Part shown: in pieces, positions 49,734 through 58,636 of the stretch
How the letters are laid out: every line of letters starts with the position of its first letter
How positions within the stretch are numbered: the stretch's first letter is position 1
Source: an archaeon GW2011_AR15
GTDB taxonomy: Archaea > Nanobdellota > Nanobdellia > Woesearchaeales > GW2011-AR15
Reading direction: 5' to 3'
DNA: 64,000 nucleotides
Assembly: GCA_000830295.1 (NCBI GenBank)
Contig: CP010425.1
Location: 896,001-960,000 of the forward strand
Made by a program: the position numbers and the translations under genes
The notes under the pieces: model-generated
What the model was told of the DNA's origin: nothing
Databases searched by the model: none
Seen by the model: the letters and a program-made list of their open reading frames with translations, nothing else

Positions 49734-50818
49734 GAAAAATTTCAGAAGTCTATTTTATCTGTACAGGAAACACGTGCAGGAGCCCAATGGCTGAGGTCTA
49801 TGCTCAGCACACTTCAAAAGCATATGGCCTTGACAGGATCATTAATTTCCACTCAAGGGCACTAAAGCCCAGAGAGCTGCTCCTTGAAAAATTTTTCGGA
49901 GAGCTCGTCGCCTCTCCTATGAGCGAAACGGCATCTCCCGGGACTATAGAAGTAATATCCAAAAGACTGCCGGAGCAAAATGATGCTATAAGCTCCCATA
50001 GATCAATGGCACTGAAGAGGGAAGAAATTAAATCCGCTGATATAGTCTTAACTATGACAGCATCCCACAAAGATAATATACTGATTTATGCTCAGGATAT
50101 ACCGGATCTCGAAAAGAAGGTATTCACTCTAAAAGAGTATGCAAACTCAGTCAGCCATTACAGCGATTCAGCTGACATTGATGTTGTTGACCCCTATGGC
50201 GCAGGAGCAATACCAAACCTTACCAGTCTACTTTTAAGCAAGACAGACATAGAGATGCAAAAACTGGGAAGAAACTACCTGAAAAAAATAAAAGGTTATT
50301 TTGAAAGCAAGGCAAAAAAAATAAGAGAGAAAAAAGGCAATAGGGGTATTAGTTTCAGAACTAATGAATGGATAGCTAGGAGGGGATTCTCTTTCTGCGT
50401 ATACTCTGAAACCTTGGAAAATGTAACGCTTTCGCAAATCAGGAACCTTCGGTCTAGGCCGAGCCACTTTGTAAAGAGCCCTTTTGAGATATCCATAGAG
50501 ATTGACTCAGAAAGAAAAAAGGCGTATACTGAAACCTTTGATGAAATAAAAGAGGCAATTGACCATATATCCCCATCAGCCGCTCCTTATTCAAGCATAG
50601 GGTTGCCTTATATTATGAGGCCGAGAGCAAATGAAGATAGGCAGATTGTTAAAATGTGGTTAGCAGTAATAGAAAACCTGCTGCCTCAATATACTTCAGA
50701 TGCTGCAGAAGATAATGAAGTGAATAACATGCTGCTTAAGCTGACCAATTCTTCTTTAGACAATCTGCTGGGAAGGGGAAGGACGGAAATTCTGAAAAAG
50801 ATAAAGGGAGAAGAATGA
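49730..50818 (+). CDS. LMW-PTP family phosphatase (YwlE-like P-loop) with internal insertion
   Basis: FICTGNTCRSPMAE, HRS, ADIVLTMT..H, VFTLKEY, DVVDPYG; GTGA overlap with the upstream stop. Confidence 0.85.
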   Translation: MRKISEVYFICTGNTCRSPMAEVYAQHTSKAYGLDRIINFHSRALKPRELLLEKFFGELVASPMSETASPGTIEVISKRLPEQNDAISSHRSMALKREEIKSADIVLTMTASHKDNILIYAQDIPDLEKKVFTLKEYANSVSHYSDSADIDVVDPYGAGAIPNLTSLLLSKTDIEMQKLGRNYLKKIKGYFESKAKKIREKKGNRGISFRTNEWIARRGFSFCVYSETLENVTLSQIRNLRSRPSHFVKSPFEISIEIDSERKKAYTETFDEIKEAIDHISPSAAPYSSIGLPYIMRPRANEDRQIVKMWLAVIENLLPQYTSDAAEDNEVNNMLLKLTNSSLDNLLGRGRTEILKKIKGEE

Positions 50819-52377
50819 AAGATCTAGAAAAACTGCTTGAAAATGTACTTTTTGTCTGCACAGGAAACACATGCAGAAGCCCAATGGCCGAGGCTATATA
50901 CAGGCAACTTGCTGGGGAATTAAGACCAGATCTAGATACAGAAGTCAAATCAGCAGGCCTTAGTATAGATCCTTATTCACTTGACAGATTTTCAGATATA
51001 CCTTTTTTTGACGGTGAACATATGAGAGAAAGCATAAAGAGACTTGGTCTCGGTATTGGGATATCCGAAGATACGCTAAGCGTCCTTGAAGAATGGAGAG
51101 GGGGAATTTCAGAGGGATACATAAACAGGAAACCAAGGCAGCTTGTAAAAAAAGACCTTAAGGATGCAAGCCTCGTTCTCGTTATGGAAAGGGCACATTA
51201 TACCACCCTAATGAGAGATTTTGGCAAAAAAATAACGGACCTTGAAAAAAAACTTTACCTAATGACAGAATTTGCCAATCTTCCAGGAGAGGTCACAGAT
51301 CCTCTTCGCCTCCCTAAGCAATATATTGTCTGCAGAGAGACTATGATTGAGGCCGTAACCAATATACTTACTGGAAAGATAGCAAAACATAAAGAAATTA
51401 TTGAACACAGGAAGACAGCAAACCTAATAGAAGGGAGATATTCCCGCCAAAGGGAAATATCAGACAGAATGGATATAATGTGGGAGCTTGCAAAGACCCT
51501 GATAGCAGAATATGGCAGCCTAAACGAATCAGGAAAAGGCAGTGCTCTAAATATAATTGATACAATATATTCGTCCAGGCAAATTATACCTCCACTTCCA
51601 GATGAAGCAAATAACATCACATTAAAAAAATGGAGAAAAGATTATGAGAAAATTGAAAGGCATAATGAAGCAATGTGGGAGAGATTTATTTATTCGGCTT
51701 ATTTAAAAGGTGAAACAGGGCATCCAAAGTCAGGAAATAAAAGGATACTTGACATAGTCCAATCGGCACTAGAAAGGAGAAGCTACCGGGAGAACACAGA
51801 AGAGATATTCACAATATACGCGGGCTCAAAATACCTAAGAAAACACAGCAGGGAAATAAAACGCAGCGATTCTAGGAAAGAAGAGATATATGAAGTAACC
51901 AAAGCCTCAGATATGCTGTTTAGGGGCAACAACATAAGAGAAAAAACCGGGCATGATAATATCTCCCTGGATTATGCTTTTCAGTTCTTTGATTTAGTTC
52001 AAAGAAAGCTAAGGGAAGACTCCTTTAGTATTAGTCTTTACAAGATAGCAGGAAGCCTCAATCTAATGGGAATAAACCGTAGAAGTCTGGATAATGTATA
52101 CCATATCTTGGAAGAACAGGGAGAAGCGTCACTGGAAGGACTGATGAGGCTGGCAGAAAAAAAGCTGAAATCATTCAACCCCCCTACCGATGCGATATTG
52201 GCTCTTCTTCAGGAGGGTTATCAGCTGGACGTGAAAAATGAAAATGATATGGTCTCAATCCGTGATGCTTTGCGCAATAGAATGAACAGAGTCGGCATGT
52301 TAGATAAAATTAAGGATGCTTCAGAATATGCCTCCAGAGAATATTTTCTTGATCATAGGAAAACAAATCTAGGTTAA
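50815..52377 (+). CDS. LMW-PTP family phosphatase (YwlE-like P-loop) with long C-terminal extension
   Basis: VLFVCTGNTCRSPMAE, KSAG, ASLVLVMERAH, EVTDP; ATGA overlap with the upstream stop. Confidence 0.85.
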   Translation: MKDLEKLLENVLFVCTGNTCRSPMAEAIYRQLAGELRPDLDTEVKSAGLSIDPYSLDRFSDIPFFDGEHMRESIKRLGLGIGISEDTLSVLEEWRGGISEGYINRKPRQLVKKDLKDASLVLVMERAHYTTLMRDFGKKITDLEKKLYLMTEFANLPGEVTDPLRLPKQYIVCRETMIEAVTNILTGKIAKHKEIIEHRKTANLIEGRYSRQREISDRMDIMWELAKTLIAEYGSLNESGKGSALNIIDTIYSSRQIIPPLPDEANNITLKKWRKDYEKIERHNEAMWERFIYSAYLKGETGHPKSGNKRILDIVQSALERRSYRENTEEIFTIYAGSKYLRKHSREIKRSDSRKEEIYEVTKASDMLFRGNNIREKTGHDNISLDYAFQFFDLVQRKLREDSFSISLYKIAGSLNLMGINRRSLDNVYHILEEQGEASLEGLMRLAEKKLKSFNPPTDAILALLQEGYQLDVKNENDMVSIRDALRNRMNRVGMLDKIKDASEYASREYFLDHRKTNLG

Positions 52378-52378
52378 A

Positions 52379-53674
52379 ATGGCATTGACACCAAAACTTG
52401 AAGAGCTGCTCACTGACACCAGATTAATGAACGAGGAGCACGACTTTCTTGTTGAATACATACAACCAAGACTGCATCATTTCTTTTTGAAAGACCAGGA
52501 ACAAATCTTGACAAGATACCGGGCCATTGTAGAGAATAGGCAGAAATTCGAGAGATCATTCCCTGAAGGAGAATACAGCAGGTCAGTTATAGGTCTAGAA
52601 GGGATAGTGCAACTTCCGGAAAGTCCTTATGACATGCTGGGATTATTTTCTAGAGCCATAATAACAATGAATAATAAAACACTACATGAAATGTACAGGT
52701 ATTTTGACAAAAACTCTCTTGATACTATAAGAAGCAACATAAACGGCAGGCGCCTATATTCGAAAATAAGGGCATATCTTAATGGGGATTTGAATAAAGC
52801 CTCAGCAAGAGAACTCATAGCTATATTCAGAGATGGGCTAAACCCTAACAACCGCAAGCTGGAGAGAATCCTGGATTATATCAAGAAAGCCATAGAATCT
52901 GATAAATTTGAAAATGCGTCGTATATTGTAGCAAGAGTAAATACCCCCAGGATAGATTATACCCAGGACAAAGGCAAAACAGGAAGCTGTGCTTTTTTGG
53001 GCATTCTTGAGGGCGGCCATAATCCCCACTATCAGAGGGATCTTAACTCAAGGTACCATGCATCTTTACTCTATATGGCTGATCCTGAAATTGGGATACT
53101 GGCATTGCAGGTTCAGAGAAAAAACAGGCTGGAGCATCCTTCAGGACTGCTTATAATGGCGGATCTGATTGGGAAGAAAACAAAAAACAGCAAAAAAGAG
53201 AGATATCTTCTTGTTGATTCTGTAGAGGCCTACAGACATAGCTATGACACCAGATTTGCAGGAGACATGCCTCTAAGGGAGATGGATAAAAATACATGGA
53301 CCAAAACGCTGAAAGAAGGGCTTCTGAATCTGGCTGCCAGAACAGAGCACGATTATATTTTTTATAATCCAAGATTTTATAATCCGGGAGGAAAAGAATT
53401 TACAAAAAAATTTATAAGCTCTATAAAGGAAAATGGTTACCAAGTTGAGACAAGCACTGTCACTTTCTGGAAAAAACTTGGGGATTCGGCCATACCAAAG
53501 GGATTCAACTATGAGTTTGGATATTACCTTGATGCATTTATGCCATCAGGTAACCCGAGATATTTCAGTGCTGCGGACCCTGAGCACGCAACCCAAGGAA
53601 TTAAGAATATACAGGGAAGAAAGGCAAGAGGGTATGTTATAAGCAGGCCAAAAGGCGGATGGCTTTGTCCTTAA
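52379..53674 (+). CDS. hypothetical protein (possible GNAT-like C-terminal half)
   Basis: 431-aa ORF 1 nt after the previous stop; GKTGSCAFLG..YMADP..LLVDSVEA pattern. Confidence 0.65.
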   Translation: MALTPKLEELLTDTRLMNEEHDFLVEYIQPRLHHFFLKDQEQILTRYRAIVENRQKFERSFPEGEYSRSVIGLEGIVQLPESPYDMLGLFSRAIITMNNKTLHEMYRYFDKNSLDTIRSNINGRRLYSKIRAYLNGDLNKASARELIAIFRDGLNPNNRKLERILDYIKKAIESDKFENASYIVARVNTPRIDYTQDKGKTGSCAFLGILEGGHNPHYQRDLNSRYHASLLYMADPEIGILALQVQRKNRLEHPSGLLIMADLIGKKTKNSKKERYLLVDSVEAYRHSYDTRFAGDMPLREMDKNTWTKTLKEGLLNLAARTEHDYIFYNPRFYNPGGKEFTKKFISSIKENGYQVETSTVTFWKKLGDSAIPKGFNYEFGYYLDAFMPSGNPRYFSAADPEHATQGIKNIQGRKARGYVISRPKGGWLCP

Positions 53675-54252
53675 TGCAAGAAGAGATAATAATAAGAAAG
53701 GCAGAGTCAGGAGATTTAGACGGCATAATGAGGGTTGAGGAAGAGTCTTTCCTCCCTGGCGATAGGTATCCAAGGAGGTATATATCTGATGAGATTAAAA
53801 ACCAAGATAGCCAAAGACAGTATTTTGTTGCTGAATATAATAGAAGGATTGTAGGTTACTCGGCTGCCGGCATCCAGGAAAGCGGGACAGCGCTCATGGG
53901 CCCTGTTTCTGATGTTGAAAAAGAACTTGGGATCCATCTGGAAGCAACCAGAGTGGGTGTTCTTATAAGTTTGGGGGTAATAAAGGAAGAAAGAAGGAAA
54001 AATATAGGGGGTATGCTAACGCAGGCCAGGCTGAGATGGATTGAGAATAATCTGGAGGACGATAAAAAGTATGTGTTTGCCCATGCATGGCCGAATGGCG
54101 GATTCAACTACCTAGCAAAAAGCTTCGGTTTCAGGAGAGTAATGAACTGGGATAACAGAGAAGCCTATTCAGATGATAGCCATGCAATATTGTATTTCCT
54201 TGACCTAAACCTGCAAGGTAAAAACGATCTTCAGACTGTTATTATTTTATAG
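53659..54252 (+). CDS. GNAT N-acetyltransferase (RimI-like)
   Basis: IIRKAESGDLDGIMRVEEESF, YFVAEY..IVGY, SLGVIKEERRKNIGGML (motif A), FGF. Confidence 0.8.
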   Translation: MALSLMQEEIIIRKAESGDLDGIMRVEEESFLPGDRYPRRYISDEIKNQDSQRQYFVAEYNRRIVGYSAAGIQESGTALMGPVSDVEKELGIHLEATRVGVLISLGVIKEERRKNIGGMLTQARLRWIENNLEDDKKYVFAHAWPNGGFNYLAKSFGFRRVMNWDNREAYSDDSHAILYFLDLNLQGKNDLQTVIIL

Positions 54253-54309
54253 TAGTTAAGACTTAGAAAACTTTATATATTTCCGGCAGATACCGAGGAA
54301 AGAGGGGAT

Positions 54310-56784
54310 ATGGCTAAAAGTGTCAATGGATTAGAGGCGATACTTAAGAATACGGCCTCCTCTGATTTGAGAAGAGCCATATCCAAAAGTAAGTTCCCAG
54401 AAAGCACTTCCTTACTCTTTCTTGACGGAAAAAGCATCGGGACAAGCGCCGACCCTGGTAAAATTAAAGCAGGCACTTACAGGATTGAGTTATGGGATGA
54501 AGAACTGGATATAAAATACCCTTTTTCTATCCCTGATATTGGGCTGGATAGTAAAACTCCCGAGGAGCTTACCGAATATGGCATTAGTGCAAATGAAGCA
54601 GCACCCAGACTAGTCAGGCTTGGAGCCTCACTTTACTCTCTTCTTGAGAAAAAACCACTATTTCAAACTACTGCTGAACTGGAGGATAAATCCAGGAATT
54701 ACAAAGAAGAAATCATGAAGAAAGGAGGCACTTACGAGCCGTTTCATATTGCAAGAGAAATAACCCGCGACTATATACCCCAGGATCTTAATTTAAGAGA
54801 TATTCTTGAAGCAATAAGGGAACTATATAAGGGGAGGGATAGGATGGAGACTACAGTATCATATATTCCTTTCTCAATGGATAGCATAAGAGGGAAGGTG
54901 GCTGTTGCTTCTTTCACAGGTGAAAAAGACGGGCTTCATGGGATGATAAGATTTAATGGAGCTGAGCTAAAATTTGGAGATATCGGCCTTGCGAGATATA
55001 AAAAAAAGATAGGTCATTTGTTTGACACAGTCACTAAGCTGGAAAGAGATCTTATGCAGGCTGAAACCAGTTTAGATGACAAGGGATTTATTTATACAAT
55101 CTCCGCTGGAGCAGAAGGGAACTATATCTTTAGAATAAGCAAAAGACCATATACAGAGCCGGAGATTAGGTTAGAAAGACTCATGGGGGCATATAATTCC
55201 AAAAAAATAAGTATTTCTGATTTAATGGGTAAATTAACGCAGGATCTTCTAGTACATTATGAAGAATTTGAAACTAAAGGCATTAAAGGTGTGAAGACAG
55301 GTGCAACTCCGTCAGGAAGCGGCCTTGCAATAGGCACACTAATACTGGATTCTGCTGAAAAAATTAATGAACTGGCTAAGAATCAGGAGTTTATCCTTGT
55401 ATCAAGAAGGGATGATTCGGATATTGGCAAAGCACTTTATGATAAGAGATGCGTAGGCTATATCAACCCTACAGCAAGCAAATCCCACCATTACGTTATT
55501 CTGGCGGGGAATCTTAACATCCCGGTATTGCACAGTAGCCCATCATTAAAAATTGATAATGATGAGATGCAAGTCTCAGAAGGCGAAGAAGAATATTTTA
55601 ATGATTTTGATACTGTCAGCGTTGATTTTGGTAACTCCCTGATATATCCTAAAAAACTCAAGGTTATAAAAAAAGAAAATAAGGGTTTGGAGAAACTGTT
55701 TGAGATTATAAAGGAGAACCAAAGTATTTCCGTATATGTAAACGCAGATTCTCCGAAAAAGATAAGGGAAGCACTTGAGAATGGGGCCAGAGGGATTGGT
55801 CTCTGCAGAACTGAAAGAATGTTTTATCATCCGCCCTATATGCAGATGCTGCAGAGGATTATACTAAGTGCATATAACTGCAATAATGAGAAGCATAAGA
55901 TAGAAAAGCATAGCATGAAAAAAGACCTCTCTCTCTTAGGAAAATACCTCTCAGATGCCTTCCTGGAGATGTACTCTGCAGCAGATGGGCTTCCTGTTGT
56001 TATAAGACTCCTGGATCCACCGCTCCATGAATTTATAAAAAGAGATATCCAGGAGTATGGCTGGAATGAATTCTCGTATAACCTCGGGGTATGTGCCAAG
56101 TGCGACAAGCCGGATTTTAAAACTTTGGAGGAGGCTAATCCAGCACTAGGGCTCAGAGGGGTAAGGGTTGGTATAGAAAGGCCCGAGATATACAAAGCCC
56201 AGATTGGCGCTATAATGACTGCAGCCGCAAGAGCAAAAAAAGAAGGCAAAAAAGTTATTCCCCAGATTTTAATACCTTTTGTTAATTCCACTGAAGAGAT
56301 TAATATTATAAGGGGCTATATTGAAGAAATGAGGCAGACAGCGGAATCTAGCTACGGAATTCATATAGATTATAAGATAAGGGCAATGATTGAGACTCCA
56401 GCAGCATTATCTAGGATGCCTCAGATAGCTGAAGCAGTAGACGGGATAAGCTTTGGAACAAATGACCTTACCCAGGCATGGATGGGACTTGACAGGGAAA
56501 CAGCAGACAGCATAGGCAGCATATACTCTTCAAGGGGAATCAGCATAGGAGAGCCGTTTTCAAGACTCGATGAGGGGCTTATCCGGGAGATGGAGCTAAG
56601 AATAGATGAGACAAGAGAAAAAATTAAAAAATCAGGCAGGGAATTTACAATATCAGTCTGCGGTGAGCAGGCAGCGCATGAGATAGGAAGATTGCACAAT
56701 ATCGGCATAGATTATGTAAGTATTTCCCCGGGGAAATTAGATTTATCAATTATAGAAAGTGTAAAGTTGAGGTATCATGGCTAA
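54310..56784 (+). CDS. PPDK-derived PEP-utilising protein (intact PEP barrel and His swivel, degenerate ATP-grasp)
   Basis: VNADSP, GIGLCRTERMF, IRLLDPPLHEF, EANPALGLRGVR, MIETP, SFGTNDLTQ, VCGEQ, SKSHHYVILA. Confidence 0.85.
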   Translation: MAKSVNGLEAILKNTASSDLRRAISKSKFPESTSLLFLDGKSIGTSADPGKIKAGTYRIELWDEELDIKYPFSIPDIGLDSKTPEELTEYGISANEAAPRLVRLGASLYSLLEKKPLFQTTAELEDKSRNYKEEIMKKGGTYEPFHIAREITRDYIPQDLNLRDILEAIRELYKGRDRMETTVSYIPFSMDSIRGKVAVASFTGEKDGLHGMIRFNGAELKFGDIGLARYKKKIGHLFDTVTKLERDLMQAETSLDDKGFIYTISAGAEGNYIFRISKRPYTEPEIRLERLMGAYNSKKISISDLMGKLTQDLLVHYEEFETKGIKGVKTGATPSGSGLAIGTLILDSAEKINELAKNQEFILVSRRDDSDIGKALYDKRCVGYINPTASKSHHYVILAGNLNIPVLHSSPSLKIDNDEMQVSEGEEEYFNDFDTVSVDFGNSLIYPKKLKVIKKENKGLEKLFEIIKENQSISVYVNADSPKKIREALENGARGIGLCRTERMFYHPPYMQMLQRIILSAYNCNNEKHKIEKHSMKKDLSLLGKYLSDAFLEMYSAADGLPVVIRLLDPPLHEFIKRDIQEYGWNEFSYNLGVCAKCDKPDFKTLEEANPALGLRGVRVGIERPEIYKAQIGAIMTAAARAKKEGKKVIPQILIPFVNSTEEINIIRGYIEEMRQTAESSYGIHIDYKIRAMIETPAALSRMPQIAEAVDGISFGTNDLTQAWMGLDRETADSIGSIYSSRGISIGEPFSRLDEGLIREMELRIDETREKIKKSGREFTISVCGEQAAHEIGRLHNIGIDYVSISPGKLDLSIIESVKLRYHG

Positions 56785-58138
56785 AAAAAAACCAGGCAGG
56801 CTTTCTATAGAAGATAAGGTGGCGCTATTCAAAAATCTGAACAATTATAACGAGATTGCCCTGGATAGTATGGAGATGCCAATAGAGATTTTAGAGCGCG
56901 GATATCTTTTTTATTCTCCCGGGAGCATATCTGCTAGTGTTACCCGCAGCATACAGGGTATTGGGGGGATGATAGATACATATGAGAGAGTTTCGCGGAA
57001 AAAACTCGAGAAGGAAGAGAAAAGGCACATCAGCAAAGTCCAGAGCATAGCAGCAGAAATTGCTGCAGAGCTTGACCAAGCCGTGTTTTCTGAAAATCAG
57101 GAAAAAATCAACCAAGAATATAAAAGGTATATAACAGGAGTCAGGGATATCAGGGAGAAGTTTTCCGATTCCGGAGCAGAGTCTATAATTGAAACCAAAA
57201 CAATCCATGAGTTAATCCGTGTTCTCCATCAGCTTGGAATAAAAAATGCTTTTAAGCTGCCAAAAGCACCTACTTCAAAAAAGCGTTCCATGGGAGATTT
57301 TCACCATACCGCTGCAGCCCTTTATATCATAGACATAGGCGGGGCAATAAGAAAAGGCGCCCAAGATAAGTATTATAATCTTAGCATAGAAGATGTGGTA
57401 AATCCGCAGCTTGCAAAAATAGCCTCTATATATTCATCAATAGAGAAAAGGAATGAAGGAAGGGAAGACGGCAACCTTTTTGTTTCAGGAAAAGAACTTC
57501 TTGGTAGCATATCTCTTGGGGCTCATGCGTTTGAAATAGTAACCTCATTTGAATCCGGCCAGCAAATGATACTAATCAGATATAAAGACACTTCACCAGG
57601 CTCCTACAAATATGCAGGGCACAGAATAAAAGCATTCAGTCAGGCACTTTTAGATCTTGGATTCAAGAGCAGCACCGACCGGCAATTCCTGAAAGCGCAT
57701 TACTACGGGGAAAACCTTGAAAGCTCAATTGAAAAGTTCGGAAAACTCTGGACAATAGCTATGTCAACTAAGGACCTTGATGTAGATGAGTCACCAATAG
57801 GTAAGGCATATCACTTTGTAGTTCAGTCCTTTAAAGAAGGGATACTGAATGTTGAGGCTCTGGCAAAGTTTTATGTTAATGTAAGAAAAAAGATGAACAA
57901 CGCCAATAGTGATAAGAAGATGAATATTCTAATGGATGAGCTTAAAAAATCAGCATCTAAGTATAGTGTAACAGAAAATGAATTCGCATTTGCAATAAGA
58001 TATACTGCTATGCTGCTTGAGCGTGAAATAAAAAAAGAACTAGGAAAAAAAGCTTTGAATGAAAAAATGGCAGGAAGATTTGCAGCACTATATGCAGAAA
58101 TAGATAAACGAGGCCAGGATAACTATCTGAAGCCATAG
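56777..58138 (+). CDS. hypothetical protein resembling the C-terminal domain of deltaproteobacterial PEP-utilising (PpsA-like) proteins
   Basis: TIHELIRVLHQ, LYIIDIGG, IEDV, SLGAH, ALLDLGF, STKDLDV; overlaps the upstream gene by 8 nt. Confidence 0.6.
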   Translation: MAKKKPGRLSIEDKVALFKNLNNYNEIALDSMEMPIEILERGYLFYSPGSISASVTRSIQGIGGMIDTYERVSRKKLEKEEKRHISKVQSIAAEIAAELDQAVFSENQEKINQEYKRYITGVRDIREKFSDSGAESIIETKTIHELIRVLHQLGIKNAFKLPKAPTSKKRSMGDFHHTAAALYIIDIGGAIRKGAQDKYYNLSIEDVVNPQLAKIASIYSSIEKRNEGREDGNLFVSGKELLGSISLGAHAFEIVTSFESGQQMILIRYKDTSPGSYKYAGHRIKAFSQALLDLGFKSSTDRQFLKAHYYGENLESSIEKFGKLWTIAMSTKDLDVDESPIGKAYHFVVQSFKEGILNVEALAKFYVNVRKKMNNANSDKKMNILMDELKKSASKYSVTENEFAFAIRYTAMLLEREIKKELGKKALNEKMAGRFAALYAEIDKRGQDNYLKP

Positions 58139-58220
58139 CTTCTTTATGGTATAAATATCAATACTCTTCTCATGTTTTTCTACCGCCAAACTTATAAATA
58201 GCACGGGATTTCAGCTACAT

Positions 58221-58568
58221 ATGGGTAAAAAAGAAAGAGAAGAGCAGGCAGCCCAGGAAGCATTTCAGGAAGAGCTTAGAAGAATCAAGCTGCCAAGAGG
58301 AATCCAGGTAATAGGTGTGCTTGACCAAAGGGTCGGAGGCTCGCGTTCTTTAGTAAGGTGCATGGATGGAAAAACAAGAAACTGCAGGATTCCCGGAAGG
58401 TTGAAAAGAAGCCTATGGGTAAGGCCCGGAGATGTTGTGCTTGTTGAGCCATGGGAGCTTAACCAGGATGACAAGGGGGATATTATTTTCAAATACTCCA
58501 AGGCCCAGATAAACCTTCTTAAGAAAAGAGGGTTGCTCAAGGAAATGGATGAATTTAGCGGGTTCTAA
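58221..58568 (+). CDS. eif1a: translation initiation factor 1A (aIF1A)
   Basis: VRCMDGKTRNCRIPGRLKRSLWVRPGDVVLVEPW..KGDII. Confidence 0.93.
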   Translation: MGKKEREEQAAQEAFQEELRRIKLPRGIQVIGVLDQRVGGSRSLVRCMDGKTRNCRIPGRLKRSLWVRPGDVVLVEPWELNQDDKGDIIFKYSKAQINLLKKRGLLKEMDEFSGF

Positions 58569-58636
58569 TTATATTACTTATTAGTAGTAACAAAACAGAA
58601 AGCTTTATATATAGGCAGCTGCTCACATCTATAAAG

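Noticed and set aside
48492-58138. Provirus or integrative element call for the cassette
   Set aside because: No integrase, transposase, capsid or replication gene, and no distal att repeat found; the tRNA 3' duplication is on the opposite side
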